Shown here: piece by piece, positions 55,633-64,000 of the stretch | Position numbering within the stretch: the stretch's first letter is position 1 | Layout: every line of letters starts with the position of its first letter | Source: an uncultured Acidobacteriota bacterium | GTDB taxonomy: Bacteria; Acidobacteriota; Vicinamibacteria; Vicinamibacterales; UBA8438 | Length of the DNA: 64,000 nt | Assembly: GCA_913043225.1 (NCBI GenBank) | Contig: CAJWLU010000008.1 | Coordinates: 32,001-96,000 of the forward strand | Direction of reading: 5' to 3' | Made by a program: the position numbers and the translations under genes | The notes under the pieces: model-generated | Seen by the model: only the letters and a program-made list of their open reading frames with translations | Database searches by the model: none | What the model was told of the DNA's origin: nothing

Positions 55633-57296
55633 GCCGGCATCCCATGCGATTAGGGACGCTCTCGCTGGCGGGTCTGCTGCTGGCGACGCCGGGCGCGGCG
55701 ATTGTCGGCACGGTCGCGGTCTACGCCGTCTCTCAGGCTGCCGAACCGTCCGTCGTGGCGGTGGTGCTCCCCGATCTTGAAGGCATGCATCCGTCGGTGC
55801 GGGAGCAGATACGCGAGGCCCATCGAGCGTTGCTGGCGCTCGAGCCCGAGGATCGGAGCACGGCCTACGGACAGTTGGGCACTCTCCTGTTCGCCGGTGA
55901 GTATCTGGTCGAGGCGGAGACCTGCTTTCGCAATGCTCAGCGGCTCGCGCCAGACGTGTTTCGCTGGTCCTACTATCTGGGGCACGTGTACAAGAGCACC
56001 GGGCGGCTGACCCAGGCTGTGGAGCAGTTTGAGCAGGCGCTGCGATTGCGGCCAGGTGATCTCCCGACACTCGTGTGGCTCGGGCAGGTCCTCATCGACC
56101 TCGGTCAGCCAAAGGCCGCGGAGTTGCTGCTCGCCGACGCCGACGGGCGGCATCCGGACACCCAGTCCGTGCTGTTCCAGCTGGGTCGCGCCGCTGGCGC
56201 CATGGGGGACCATGAGGAGGCGGTGAGCCGCCTGGAGGCTGCACTTGAGTTGAATCCCGGTGCCACGATGGTGCACTACCCGCTGGCTATGGCGTATCGC
56301 GGGCTCGGCGACCTCGAGCGGGCAGAGGCACACCTCGGCCGAAGCGGCAGAGCGGTCGGCGCTGGAGTGGCCGTGACGGTGCCCGATCCGCTGATGGCCG
56401 ACGTCAACACGGCGCTGCGAAGCCCGCAGGCCTTCTGGGATCTCGGACTGTACGCCGGCTCGCTCGGCAACTGGCCCGAGGCGGTGAGGCAGTTCCAGAG
56501 CGCGGTCGAGCTGGCGCCAGACGTGTCGGCGCTGCGCCTAAACCTTTCCCTGGCGCTGAACCGGGTGGGCGAGGCGCGCTTCGCACTCGAGCAACTCGAG
56601 GAGGCGGTGCGTCTGGAGCCGGAGTTGGCCCTGGCGCATCTCGAAATGGGTGCGCTGTTCGAGCGGAGTGGAAGCGATCCCGAGGCGATCGACCATTTCA
56701 CTCTAGCGACGACGCACGCCCCGGGTCTGGTCGAAGCTCATCTCAGGCTGGCCGATGCGCTTCGTCGCACGGGCCAAGTCAACGCGTCCCTCGCCTCGTA
56801 CGGGCAGGTGCTTAAGCTCGACCCTGGTCGGGCTGAGGCGCGCTTCGGTGAGGTGATGGCTCTGGTGCGCCTGATGCGCCATCGCGACGCCGTGACGCGT
56901 TTGCGCGAGGCGTTGGAGCATCATCCGGGGGAGCAGGCGTTCCGGCAGGCGTTGTCGCGACTGTTGGCGGCGTCGCCAGACCCGATGGTGCGCGACGGTG
57001 CCGAGGCGCTGGCGTTGGTCCAGCCGTTGACCGCGGACGGCGCCACCACGGCCGTGGCCGAGACGATCGCGATGGCGTTTGCTGAGCAAGGTGACTTTCT
57101 CGAGGCGGTCGACTGGCAGCGGGCGGCGATGTCGGGCGCTGCCGGTGCCGGGCACCCGGAGGTCGCGCAGCAAATGGCGGTGAATCTGGCGCTGTACAGG
57201 ACCGGACAAGCTTGTCGAACCCCTTGGCGAGACGACGCGCCGGAACATCGACCTGGGCCGATCGTGGAAGCAGGATTGCTTGATCCAGGTCCTTGA
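55629..57296 (+). CDS. Tetratricopeptide repeat protein
   Basis: ATGA overlap with upstream stop; N-terminal hydrophobic segment; many TPRs (RWSYYLG, HYPLAMAYR..G), DPLM motif. Confidence 0.88.
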   Translation: MSRHPMRLGTLSLAGLLLATPGAAIVGTVAVYAVSQAAEPSVVAVVLPDLEGMHPSVREQIREAHRALLALEPEDRSTAYGQLGTLLFAGEYLVEAETCFRNAQRLAPDVFRWSYYLGHVYKSTGRLTQAVEQFEQALRLRPGDLPTLVWLGQVLIDLGQPKAAELLLADADGRHPDTQSVLFQLGRAAGAMGDHEEAVSRLEAALELNPGATMVHYPLAMAYRGLGDLERAEAHLGRSGRAVGAGVAVTVPDPLMADVNTALRSPQAFWDLGLYAGSLGNWPEAVRQFQSAVELAPDVSALRLNLSLALNRVGEARFALEQLEEAVRLEPELALAHLEMGALFERSGSDPEAIDHFTLATTHAPGLVEAHLRLADALRRTGQVNASLASYGQVLKLDPGRAEARFGEVMALVRLMRHRDAVTRLREALEHHPGEQAFRQALSRLLAASPDPMVRDGAEALALVQPLTADGATTAVAETIAMAFAEQGDFLEAVDWQRAAMSGAAGAGHPEVAQQMAVNLALYRTGQACRTPWRDDAPEHRPGPIVEAGLLDPGP

Positions 57297-57326
57297 AAAG
57301 TGACTCGATTGAAAACCAGAAATCCC

Positions 57327-58256
57327 ATGACGACCACAGCTCACTCGTGCCGCCGACGTCTTACCGCTGGGCTGCTCACTGTCGGCCTCTTCGCCTGGGG
57401 AGTGGCCGGAACCAGCGATGTCGTGCTGGCGCAGAGTCGGTCGTTCTTCATCAGCTTTGCCGATGCCGATGGCGTGCCGGTCACCGATCTGACTCGTGAG
57501 GACGTGGTCGTGGAATTGGACGGTGAGCTCGCCGAGACGCTCAGCCTTGAACCGATCGACTGGCCGGTACGGGTCACCGTGTTTGTTGACAACGGTATCA
57601 ACACCAGGCCGATGTTGGACGACATCCGTGAGGGACTCGAGGGCTTCGTGGCAGCGTTGGTACCAGATGTTGAAGTGGCGATCGCCACGACCGGGGGACG
57701 ACCGCAGTTCTGGGCCGAGCACACCATCAACCGGGTAGAGCTCGCCGACGCGATCGGAGTGTTGTCCCCGGCCATCGACGGCCACTCGACCTATCTTGAT
57801 GCGCTCTATGAAGAAGCGGAGCGGATGCACGAAGACGAGGTCGGAGAGTACTTCCCGGTCGTCGTTATGATCTCGACCAACGGCCCCGAGGGGAGCACTC
57901 GCGTCCGCGACCGGCCATTCAGGGAGATGATGGAGCGCTTACTCGCGAACTCCGCCACGGTGCACACGATGATGTTCGCCCACCCGTCGTTCTCCGGGGC
58001 CCCACAGATGCGGTGGGGTATCGACATCGCCGAGGCAACCGGGGGTGGTTATCGAGGGTTGAGCTCACCTAACGGGTTCCGTGTCCTCCTGCCCCAACTG
58101 GCCGAAGACATTGCCCGCAAACACCGGCTGATGAGCAATCAGTTCCGCCTGACATACATGCCGCCCGAGGGCAGCTCCGACCGACCGGCTGTACGGGTGC
58201 TCACGACGCGCACCAGCATCAACATGGTGCCGACCAGAGACGGAAAGGTTCCCTAG
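57327..58256 (+). CDS. Secreted VWA-like domain protein, paralog B
   Basis: Co-linear with 49613-50536 (LEPIDWPVRVT, DALYEEAERMHED, DIARKHRL). Confidence 0.7.
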   Translation: MTTTAHSCRRRLTAGLLTVGLFAWGVAGTSDVVLAQSRSFFISFADADGVPVTDLTREDVVVELDGELAETLSLEPIDWPVRVTVFVDNGINTRPMLDDIREGLEGFVAALVPDVEVAIATTGGRPQFWAEHTINRVELADAIGVLSPAIDGHSTYLDALYEEAERMHEDEVGEYFPVVVMISTNGPEGSTRVRDRPFREMMERLLANSATVHTMMFAHPSFSGAPQMRWGIDIAEATGGGYRGLSSPNGFRVLLPQLAEDIARKHRLMSNQFRLTYMPPEGSSDRPAVRVLTTRTSINMVPTRDGKVP

Positions 58257-58265
58257 AGAACGGTC

Positions 58266-59705
58266 CTACCGGGCGAGCTGCTGCTCGATGGCGGCGGCGA
58301 GATCCTGGAGACCGTAGCGGCGCGCGAGCGGAAGCGCCTGGCGAAGCCAGCGCTCTGCCTCGGTCATGCGGCCCAGCCTCGCATTGTAGTCCGCCAGCTC
58401 ATACATGAAGACGGGGGTCTCTGGTGACTCCGGCGTCAGACCCCGCTCGATGCTCGCGAAGCCGCGGGTTACGTCTCCCTGTTGCACGAGCAGCCGTCCG
58501 AGGCGGACATGTGCGCCAACGCCGTTCGGCCGTTCGGAGAGGGCGAGCTCGTACTGTTTCATGGCGTCGGCGACCCGCCCCATACCCTCGTATAGTACTC
58601 CCAGGCTGAAGCGGGCGTCATAGTGTGCCGCGTTGAGCTCGAGCGCCCGCACGAGCGGCGCCTCTGATTCGGCCGACCGGCCGGTCTGGAATAGGAGCGT
58701 CGCGTAGTTGTAGTGGGCGTCTGCAAGGTTCGGATTCAGCTCCACCACGCGACGGTAGTGCTGCTCGGCTCGTTCCGCCTGTCCCGTCCGGGTGTAGAGG
58801 TTGATGAGGTTCAGGTGCGCCTGCACAAGATCGGGGTCGTTTGCCAGGGCCTGTTCGTACTGCTGGATCGACTCGACGACTTTGTCCTCGAGCTGTAGGC
58901 GGAACGCTTGCGTCTCGCGCGAACGTGGGTCGGTTCGAAGGGCGTGGATGTCGCTCATCAACGGGTCGTCGGCCGGCGGCCGGCGGCCAGAGGTGCGGGT
59001 CGCCACCGCCATGTGCCGACCTGCGGCCTCTATCTGGCCCAGGTCGCGATAGGTGAGCCCCAGCGCGTAGTGGGCCGCTCCGAACTCGGGTGCGAGCTCG
59101 ATGGCCTGCGTCAGCTGGTCTCTGGCAGCCGCCGAGTCACCGAGCTCAGACAGGGCCCGGCCAAGCCCGTAGACCGCGGGCACGAGTGCGGGGTGATCAC
59201 GTTTCAGCGCTTCGTAGCGCGTCCGACTGTCCTCTATCGCGCCGCTTGAGAGCAGCACGTCAGCCAGCTGCAGACCGGCCGGCGCATACGACGGATCGAG
59301 ACCGACTGCCTGGCGCAGTGCGTCGAGCGCGCCCTCGTGGTCACCGAGCCTGGTCTTGACGCGCCCGAGATAGTATAGCCACGCGAACTGATCCGGTTGG
59401 AGGAAGAGGGCCCGTTCGTAGCATCTCGCCGCCCCCTCGAACTTGTCATAGGCATGGAGCACCATGCCGAGTCGGGCCACCGCCGACGCGCTGTCCGGCG
59501 CGCTCTGCGCGGCGTCGAGCGCGTACCCAACGACGCTGCCGATATGTGGTCCGAACTCGGTGGGGCTGGCGACCATCGCCGCGAGGTCCAACCAGAGTTG
59601 CCGCGTCTCCACGTCCTCGGCGTTCCTGGGGGGGGGAGAACACGCCGCGAGCAGCAGGGCCGCCGCCACGCAGGTGGCGTTGAGTGCTGAGAGGTGAGGG
59701 TGCAT
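58266..59705 (-). CDS. Tetratricopeptide repeat lipoprotein
   Basis: Lipobox LAAC; TPRs (AWLYYLG, HYALGLTYR..G), DPLM motif shared with 55629-57296. Confidence 0.88.
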   Translation of the reverse strand: MHPHLSALNATCVAAALLLAACSPPPRNAEDVETRQLWLDLAAMVASPTEFGPHIGSVVGYALDAAQSAPDSASAVARLGMVLHAYDKFEGAARCYERALFLQPDQFAWLYYLGRVKTRLGDHEGALDALRQAVGLDPSYAPAGLQLADVLLSSGAIEDSRTRYEALKRDHPALVPAVYGLGRALSELGDSAAARDQLTQAIELAPEFGAAHYALGLTYRDLGQIEAAGRHMAVATRTSGRRPPADDPLMSDIHALRTDPRSRETQAFRLQLEDKVVESIQQYEQALANDPDLVQAHLNLINLYTRTGQAERAEQHYRRVVELNPNLADAHYNYATLLFQTGRSAESEAPLVRALELNAAHYDARFSLGVLYEGMGRVADAMKQYELALSERPNGVGAHVRLGRLLVQQGDVTRGFASIERGLTPESPETPVFMYELADYNARLGRMTEAERWLRQALPLARRYGLQDLAAAIEQQLAR

Positions 59706-59776
59706 CGATGGCTGCCAGGCGCATTATATGAGCTTGAGGGCGACCGCTGGCCCGTGCGCGGAGCTCTCGGGCCCAG

Positions 59777-59804
59777 TTGACCGTCCCGTGTGGGGCCTTA
59801 CAAT
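59777..59804 (+). promoter_or_regulatory. Sigma70-like promoter TTGACC-N16-TACAAT
   Basis: Near-consensus boxes 40 nt upstream of the ATG at 59845; a TATAAT on the minus strand (59723-59728) faces the divergent TPR gene. Confidence 0.6.
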
Positions 59805-59844
59805 CTGGGATGGACCGTCCGTACTGGCGGGCGAGGAACACGGG

Positions 59845-62160
59845 ATGGCAGACGACATCGACCGATTCGATTGTGGCAGGGCTGACCAGACCGCGAGGCG
59901 CCGGCGCGTCGCGTTGGGCTGGGTGCGTGCCCTCTCGTTGCTCACCGTGGCTGTCTGTGTCGACACCGTGGCCGCCCAGCCGCCGTTGTCCGGGTCTCCA
60001 TACGATAGCCACGAGCGGATGCTGGCCGTGCTCCAGCTCGTTGCGACCAATACGTCTGACATCCCGTATATCGGAGACGGCGCGGCGATGCGGCTCCGAT
60101 CTCAGCTCAGCGCGCTTCCCGCGACGGCTCCTGCTGCCGAGCGCTGGCAGCTGATGATGGTGCTGGCCGAGGAGGAGTTACGTCTCGGCAACGAGGCCGA
60201 GTCTTTACGTCTGCTGACCGAGGCTCTCGCCCTGGTGCCGAACGCCGAGGAGAACCGCGTCGGGATCAACTTCAACCACTACCGCCTGGGCATCGCCTAT
60301 CTACGACTGGCCGAGACCCAGAACTGCGTGCTGCATCCGAATGCCGAAGCCTGCATTCTTCCTCTCCGCGAGGGGGGGATTCACAGCCAGCAGACGCCGG
60401 CCCGGCAGGCCATCGCCGCGTTCCTCGAAGTGCTCGAGCATGCTCCGGCCCCATCTGCGCCGGCGTCCGCTCTCGACGCGACGACCCAGCAGCACTTCGC
60501 GACGCGCTGGCTGCTGAACATCGCCTACATGACCGTGGGAGGGTATCCGGACGAAGTGCCCAAGGCCTATCTGATTCCGCCGGCCGCCTTCGAATCGGCC
60601 GAGGCAATTCCTCGCTTCGACAACATCGCGCCAAACCTTGGGCTGGCGACCTACGACATGTCCGGCGGGGCGATCGTCGACGATTTCGACAACGACGGCT
60701 TTCTGGATCTTGTGGTCTCGACCTGGGATACCCGGGGACAGCTTCGCTTCTTTAGGAACAACGGGGACGGCAGCTTCTCCGAACGTACGTCCGAGGCGGG
60801 GCTCGACGGGCTGTATGGCGGCCTGAACATCATTCAGGCCGACTACGACAACGATGGCAACATGGACTTCCTCGTCACCCGCGGGGCGTGGCAGGCCGAG
60901 CTCGGTCGTCGGCCCAACTCCCTGGTACGGAACAACGGCGATGGGACGTTCACCGACGTGACGTTCGACGCAGGGTTGGGGCGGGTGCACTACCCCAGCC
61001 AGACGGCGTCGTGGGGCGACTACGACAACGACGGTGACCTCGATCTGTACGTTGGCAACGAGATGACCCAGACCGTCTACGCTCCCAGTCAGCTCTTCCG
61101 CAACAACGGCGACGGTACCTTCATCGATGTGGCCGAGGCGGCGGGGGTGAGGAACCTGGCACGCGCCAAGGCGGTCGTCTGGGGCGACTACGACGCCGAT
61201 GGTCTGCCGGACCTCTACGTGTCTAACTTCGGGCAGGCCAATCGGTTGTATCGGAACACGGGGGACGGGACCTTTGTGGATGAGGCGGCACGTCTGGGGG
61301 TGGCCGAGCCAATCGGGAGTTTTCCGGCCTGGTTCTGGGACGTGGACAACGACGGCCGCCTGGATCTGTATGTCTCCGCCTACACCGCCGACATCGAGCA
61401 CCTGGCGGCCGACGCCTTGGGTGTGCCAGTCAATATCCCGATGTCGCGTTTGTACCGGGGGGCTGACGACGGGAGATTCGAGGAGGTGGCCGAGAACTAC
61501 GGTCTGAGGGAGCCGGCCGCGGCCATGGGAGCCAACTTCGGCGACCTCGACAACGATGGCTATCTCGACTTCTACCTCGGCACCGGCTATCCGGATTACC
61601 ACACCGTGATGCCGAACCTGATGTATCGCAATCAGGCTGGGCGTGGTTTCTCGAATGTCACCTACTCGGGCGGATTCGGCCATCTGCAGAAGGGACACGC
61701 CGTCGCGTTCGCGGATCTCGACAACGATGGCGACCAGGACGTGTTCGAGCAAATGGGGGGAGCCTTTCCTGGCGATCGGTTCGGTAATGCGCTGTACGAG
61801 AACCCGGGCTTCGGGAACCGTTGGGTCACCGTCAAGCTGCAGGGCGTACGTTCTAACCGTTCGGCGGTCGGCGCCCGTATTCGAGTGGTCGTCGTTGACG
61901 AGACCGGGGCGGGGCAGCGCTCCATCTATCGCCATGTGAACAGCGGCGGTAGTTTTGGCGCCAATCCGCTCCGTCAGACCATCGGCCTTGGTGACGTGTC
62001 TCGTATCGAGCGGCTCGAGGTGTTTTGGCCTACCACCGGTCTGACCCAGACGTTCGTCGATGTCCCGATCGATACCGGCATCCACATCGTCGAAGGCGAG
62101 GAGTCCTATTCCCAGCTTGGGATGATGACGCTCGCGCTCGGCTCGCGGGCCGCGGAGTGA
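59845..62160 (+). CDS. CRTAC1-like FG-GAP/ASPIC-UnbV protein with N-terminal TPR-like helical region
   Basis: LRLAETQNC...C.LP, RWLLNIAYMT; FG-GAP repeats; HLQKGH; GGSFGANP; FWPTTG. Confidence 0.88.
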   Translation: MADDIDRFDCGRADQTARRRRVALGWVRALSLLTVAVCVDTVAAQPPLSGSPYDSHERMLAVLQLVATNTSDIPYIGDGAAMRLRSQLSALPATAPAAERWQLMMVLAEEELRLGNEAESLRLLTEALALVPNAEENRVGINFNHYRLGIAYLRLAETQNCVLHPNAEACILPLREGGIHSQQTPARQAIAAFLEVLEHAPAPSAPASALDATTQQHFATRWLLNIAYMTVGGYPDEVPKAYLIPPAAFESAEAIPRFDNIAPNLGLATYDMSGGAIVDDFDNDGFLDLVVSTWDTRGQLRFFRNNGDGSFSERTSEAGLDGLYGGLNIIQADYDNDGNMDFLVTRGAWQAELGRRPNSLVRNNGDGTFTDVTFDAGLGRVHYPSQTASWGDYDNDGDLDLYVGNEMTQTVYAPSQLFRNNGDGTFIDVAEAAGVRNLARAKAVVWGDYDADGLPDLYVSNFGQANRLYRNTGDGTFVDEAARLGVAEPIGSFPAWFWDVDNDGRLDLYVSAYTADIEHLAADALGVPVNIPMSRLYRGADDGRFEEVAENYGLREPAAAMGANFGDLDNDGYLDFYLGTGYPDYHTVMPNLMYRNQAGRGFSNVTYSGGFGHLQKGHAVAFADLDNDGDQDVFEQMGGAFPGDRFGNALYENPGFGNRWVTVKLQGVRSNRSAVGARIRVVVVDETGAGQRSIYRHVNSGGSFGANPLRQTIGLGDVSRIERLEVFWPTTGLTQTFVDVPIDTGIHIVEGEESYSQLGMMTLALGSRAAE

Positions 62161-62171
62161 TACCGGGCGGC

Positions 62172-63938
62172 ATGCGCGGCTTTAGGTCCTTGGCAGCCGG
62201 GTGTGGCGTGCTGGCTCTCGTGGCGTGCGCGGGTGAGCCCCCGGCGCAGACGACTTCGACGGCGACCCCGATGCCCCAGCCCCCGGGGCCACCCGTGTTC
62301 CGGGATGTCGCCCTCGACACCGGTCTCGATTTCACCCATGTAATCGGCGCCTCTGGCGCCTATTTCCTCCCAGAGATTATGGGAGCCGGCGTCGCGCTCG
62401 TCGACTACGATGGCGACGAAGACTTGGACATCTACTTGCTGCAAGGGACGCGGTTGGGCTCAGTCGAGACAGATGAGCCAGCGGCCGGGGATGACGTCCA
62501 GGAAACGGGGCATCGCCTGTTCCGGAACGAACTCTCCGAGACCGGTCGTCTTGGTTTCATCGACGTGACCGACGACGCCGGCGTCGGGCTCAGGGAATAC
62601 GGGATGGGTGTGGCGGTCGGCGATATCGACAACGACGGCGACCCCGATCTCTATGTGACCGCTTTCGGCAGGAACGTGCTCTATAGGAACGATGGAGACG
62701 GCTCGTTCAGCGACGTGACCGCTGCCGCCGGTGTTGACGACCGACGCTGGAGTGCCAGTGCGTCGTTTCTGGATTATGACCGCGACGGGCGACTCGATCT
62801 CTTTGTGACGAACTACGTGGACTTCGCTGTCCTCGACAACACCGAGTGCTACGGCGTGGAGGGCAAGCGCGACTACTGCAATCCCTTGTCGTATTCACCT
62901 GTGCCAGATCGTCTGTTTCGCAATGCCGGGGACGGCACGTTCACGGATGTCTCTGGGAGTTCCGGCATCCAGCGGGCGTTCGGGAGCGGTCTCGGCGTGG
63001 TCGCCGCCGACTTCAATGGCGATGGCTGGCCAGACATCTATGTTGCCAACGACGGCAATGCGAACCAGTTGTGGCAGAACAACAAGGACGGGACATTCAC
63101 CGATGTCGCCCTGCTCTCGGGCACGGCCTACAACGCGAACGGCGATGCGGAAGGTGGGATGGGCGCGACGGCGGGTGACGTTGATGGCGACGGCGACGAA
63201 GATCTCTTCGTTTCACATCTGGGCGAGGAAACCAACACGCTCTACGTGAATGGTCGCGAGGGGGTGTTCCGAGATGACACGCTCCGTTCGGGGTTGGGTG
63301 CGGCGAGTATCGGGTACACGGGGTTTGGCGCACGGTGGTTCGACTATGACCAGGACGGGTCGCTGGATCTGTTCGTGGCCAACGGTGCGGTCAGCAACGT
63401 CGAATCGCGTCGAGGCACACCGTATCCATTCCAGCAACGTAACCAGCTGTTCCGTGGTCTCGGTGACGGCCGTCTCGCCGAGGTTCGAGGTGACGCCGGG
63501 TCGGCGATTGAATTCGTGGAGGTCTCTCGTGGGGCCGCGTTCGGGGACGTCGACAATGATGGGGACGTTGATATCGTCGTCTCCAACAACAACGGCCCGG
63601 TGCGGCTTCTGTTGAACGAGGCTGGCCCGCCGGCTGGGTCACTGAGCCTTCGTTTCGAAGGCGTCGACAGCAGCCGCGATGGTATCGGTGCCCGGGTTGC
63701 GCTGCTTAGGGTTGATGCCGATCCGATCTGGCGCCGGGTACACCGAGACGGAAGCTATCTCAGTGCGAGCGACCCTCGGGTGGTCTTTGGACTGGGCGAC
63801 GGAGGCGAAGAGGCTGTCGAAGGGATTGGAGTCGTCTGGCCAGACGGGACGCGCGAGCGCTGGGCGCGCGGCGACCTTGAATCGGGTACGACCCGCCTAC
63901 GTCAGGGATCCGGGCAGCCCTGGCTGGCTGGAACGTAA
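62172..63938 (+). CDS. CRTAC1-like FG-GAP/ASPIC-UnbV lipoprotein
   Basis: Lipobox LVAC; FG-GAP repeats; SRGAAFGD; GSYLSASD; co-linear with 53851-55632; alternative GTG start at 62157. Confidence 0.9.
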   Translation: MRGFRSLAAGCGVLALVACAGEPPAQTTSTATPMPQPPGPPVFRDVALDTGLDFTHVIGASGAYFLPEIMGAGVALVDYDGDEDLDIYLLQGTRLGSVETDEPAAGDDVQETGHRLFRNELSETGRLGFIDVTDDAGVGLREYGMGVAVGDIDNDGDPDLYVTAFGRNVLYRNDGDGSFSDVTAAAGVDDRRWSASASFLDYDRDGRLDLFVTNYVDFAVLDNTECYGVEGKRDYCNPLSYSPVPDRLFRNAGDGTFTDVSGSSGIQRAFGSGLGVVAADFNGDGWPDIYVANDGNANQLWQNNKDGTFTDVALLSGTAYNANGDAEGGMGATAGDVDGDGDEDLFVSHLGEETNTLYVNGREGVFRDDTLRSGLGAASIGYTGFGARWFDYDQDGSLDLFVANGAVSNVESRRGTPYPFQQRNQLFRGLGDGRLAEVRGDAGSAIEFVEVSRGAAFGDVDNDGDVDIVVSNNNGPVRLLLNEAGPPAGSLSLRFEGVDSSRDGIGARVALLRVDADPIWRRVHRDGSYLSASDPRVVFGLGDGGEEAVEGIGVVWPDGTRERWARGDLESGTTRLRQGSGQPWLAGT

Positions 63939-64000
63939 CGGGAGGGCGCGTCCCACAAGTAAACTGGGTATCGTGACTGCGAAGAGACGACGGAAGAAGC

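Noticed and set aside
53851..63938. Enediyne biosynthetic cluster (UnbV homologs)
   Set aside because: No PKS, thioesterase or other warhead genes in the window.
1..64000. CRISPR array, tRNA/rRNA, IS or prophage
   Set aside because: No regularly spaced repeats, cloverleaf, transposase or phage genes seen; recurring DNA words are FG-GAP and paralog coding repeats.

Overview
GC-rich bacterial DNA with about 46 intact CDSs, one CDS truncated by the left edge and two probable gene remnants. No rRNA, tRNA, CRISPR array, transposase, integrase or transcription-regulator gene was recognised. The gene families (Oar-like TonB receptor with carboxypeptidase-regulatory domain, VWA-like proteins, DUF1592/DUF1552, CRTAC1/ASPIC-UnbV, many PQQ propellers) suggest Acidobacteriota, probably Vicinamibacteria; this is an inference. 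Roughly 33 proteins have an apparent Sec, Tat or lipoprotein signal. Main highlights: (1) a coupled redox operon, YVTN propeller/di-heme/degenerate GSDH fusion -> PQQ dehydrogenase-cupredoxin fusion lacking the axial Met, followed by DUF2182/DUF1326; (2) six paralogs of a secreted family ending in EYACHEGN to which I cannot assign a function; (3) an apparently all-exported VOC/PQQ-GDH/MBL/enolase-superfamily operon; (4) an 18-bp palindromic operator-like motif shared by that operon and the DUF1592 operon, next to the -10 box in both; (5) a 22-kb envelope locus of 2 DUF1592, DUF1552, 3 TPR, 2 VWA-like, 1 TonB receptor and 3 CRTAC1-like genes. All family calls come from motif recognition by eye, not database searches.
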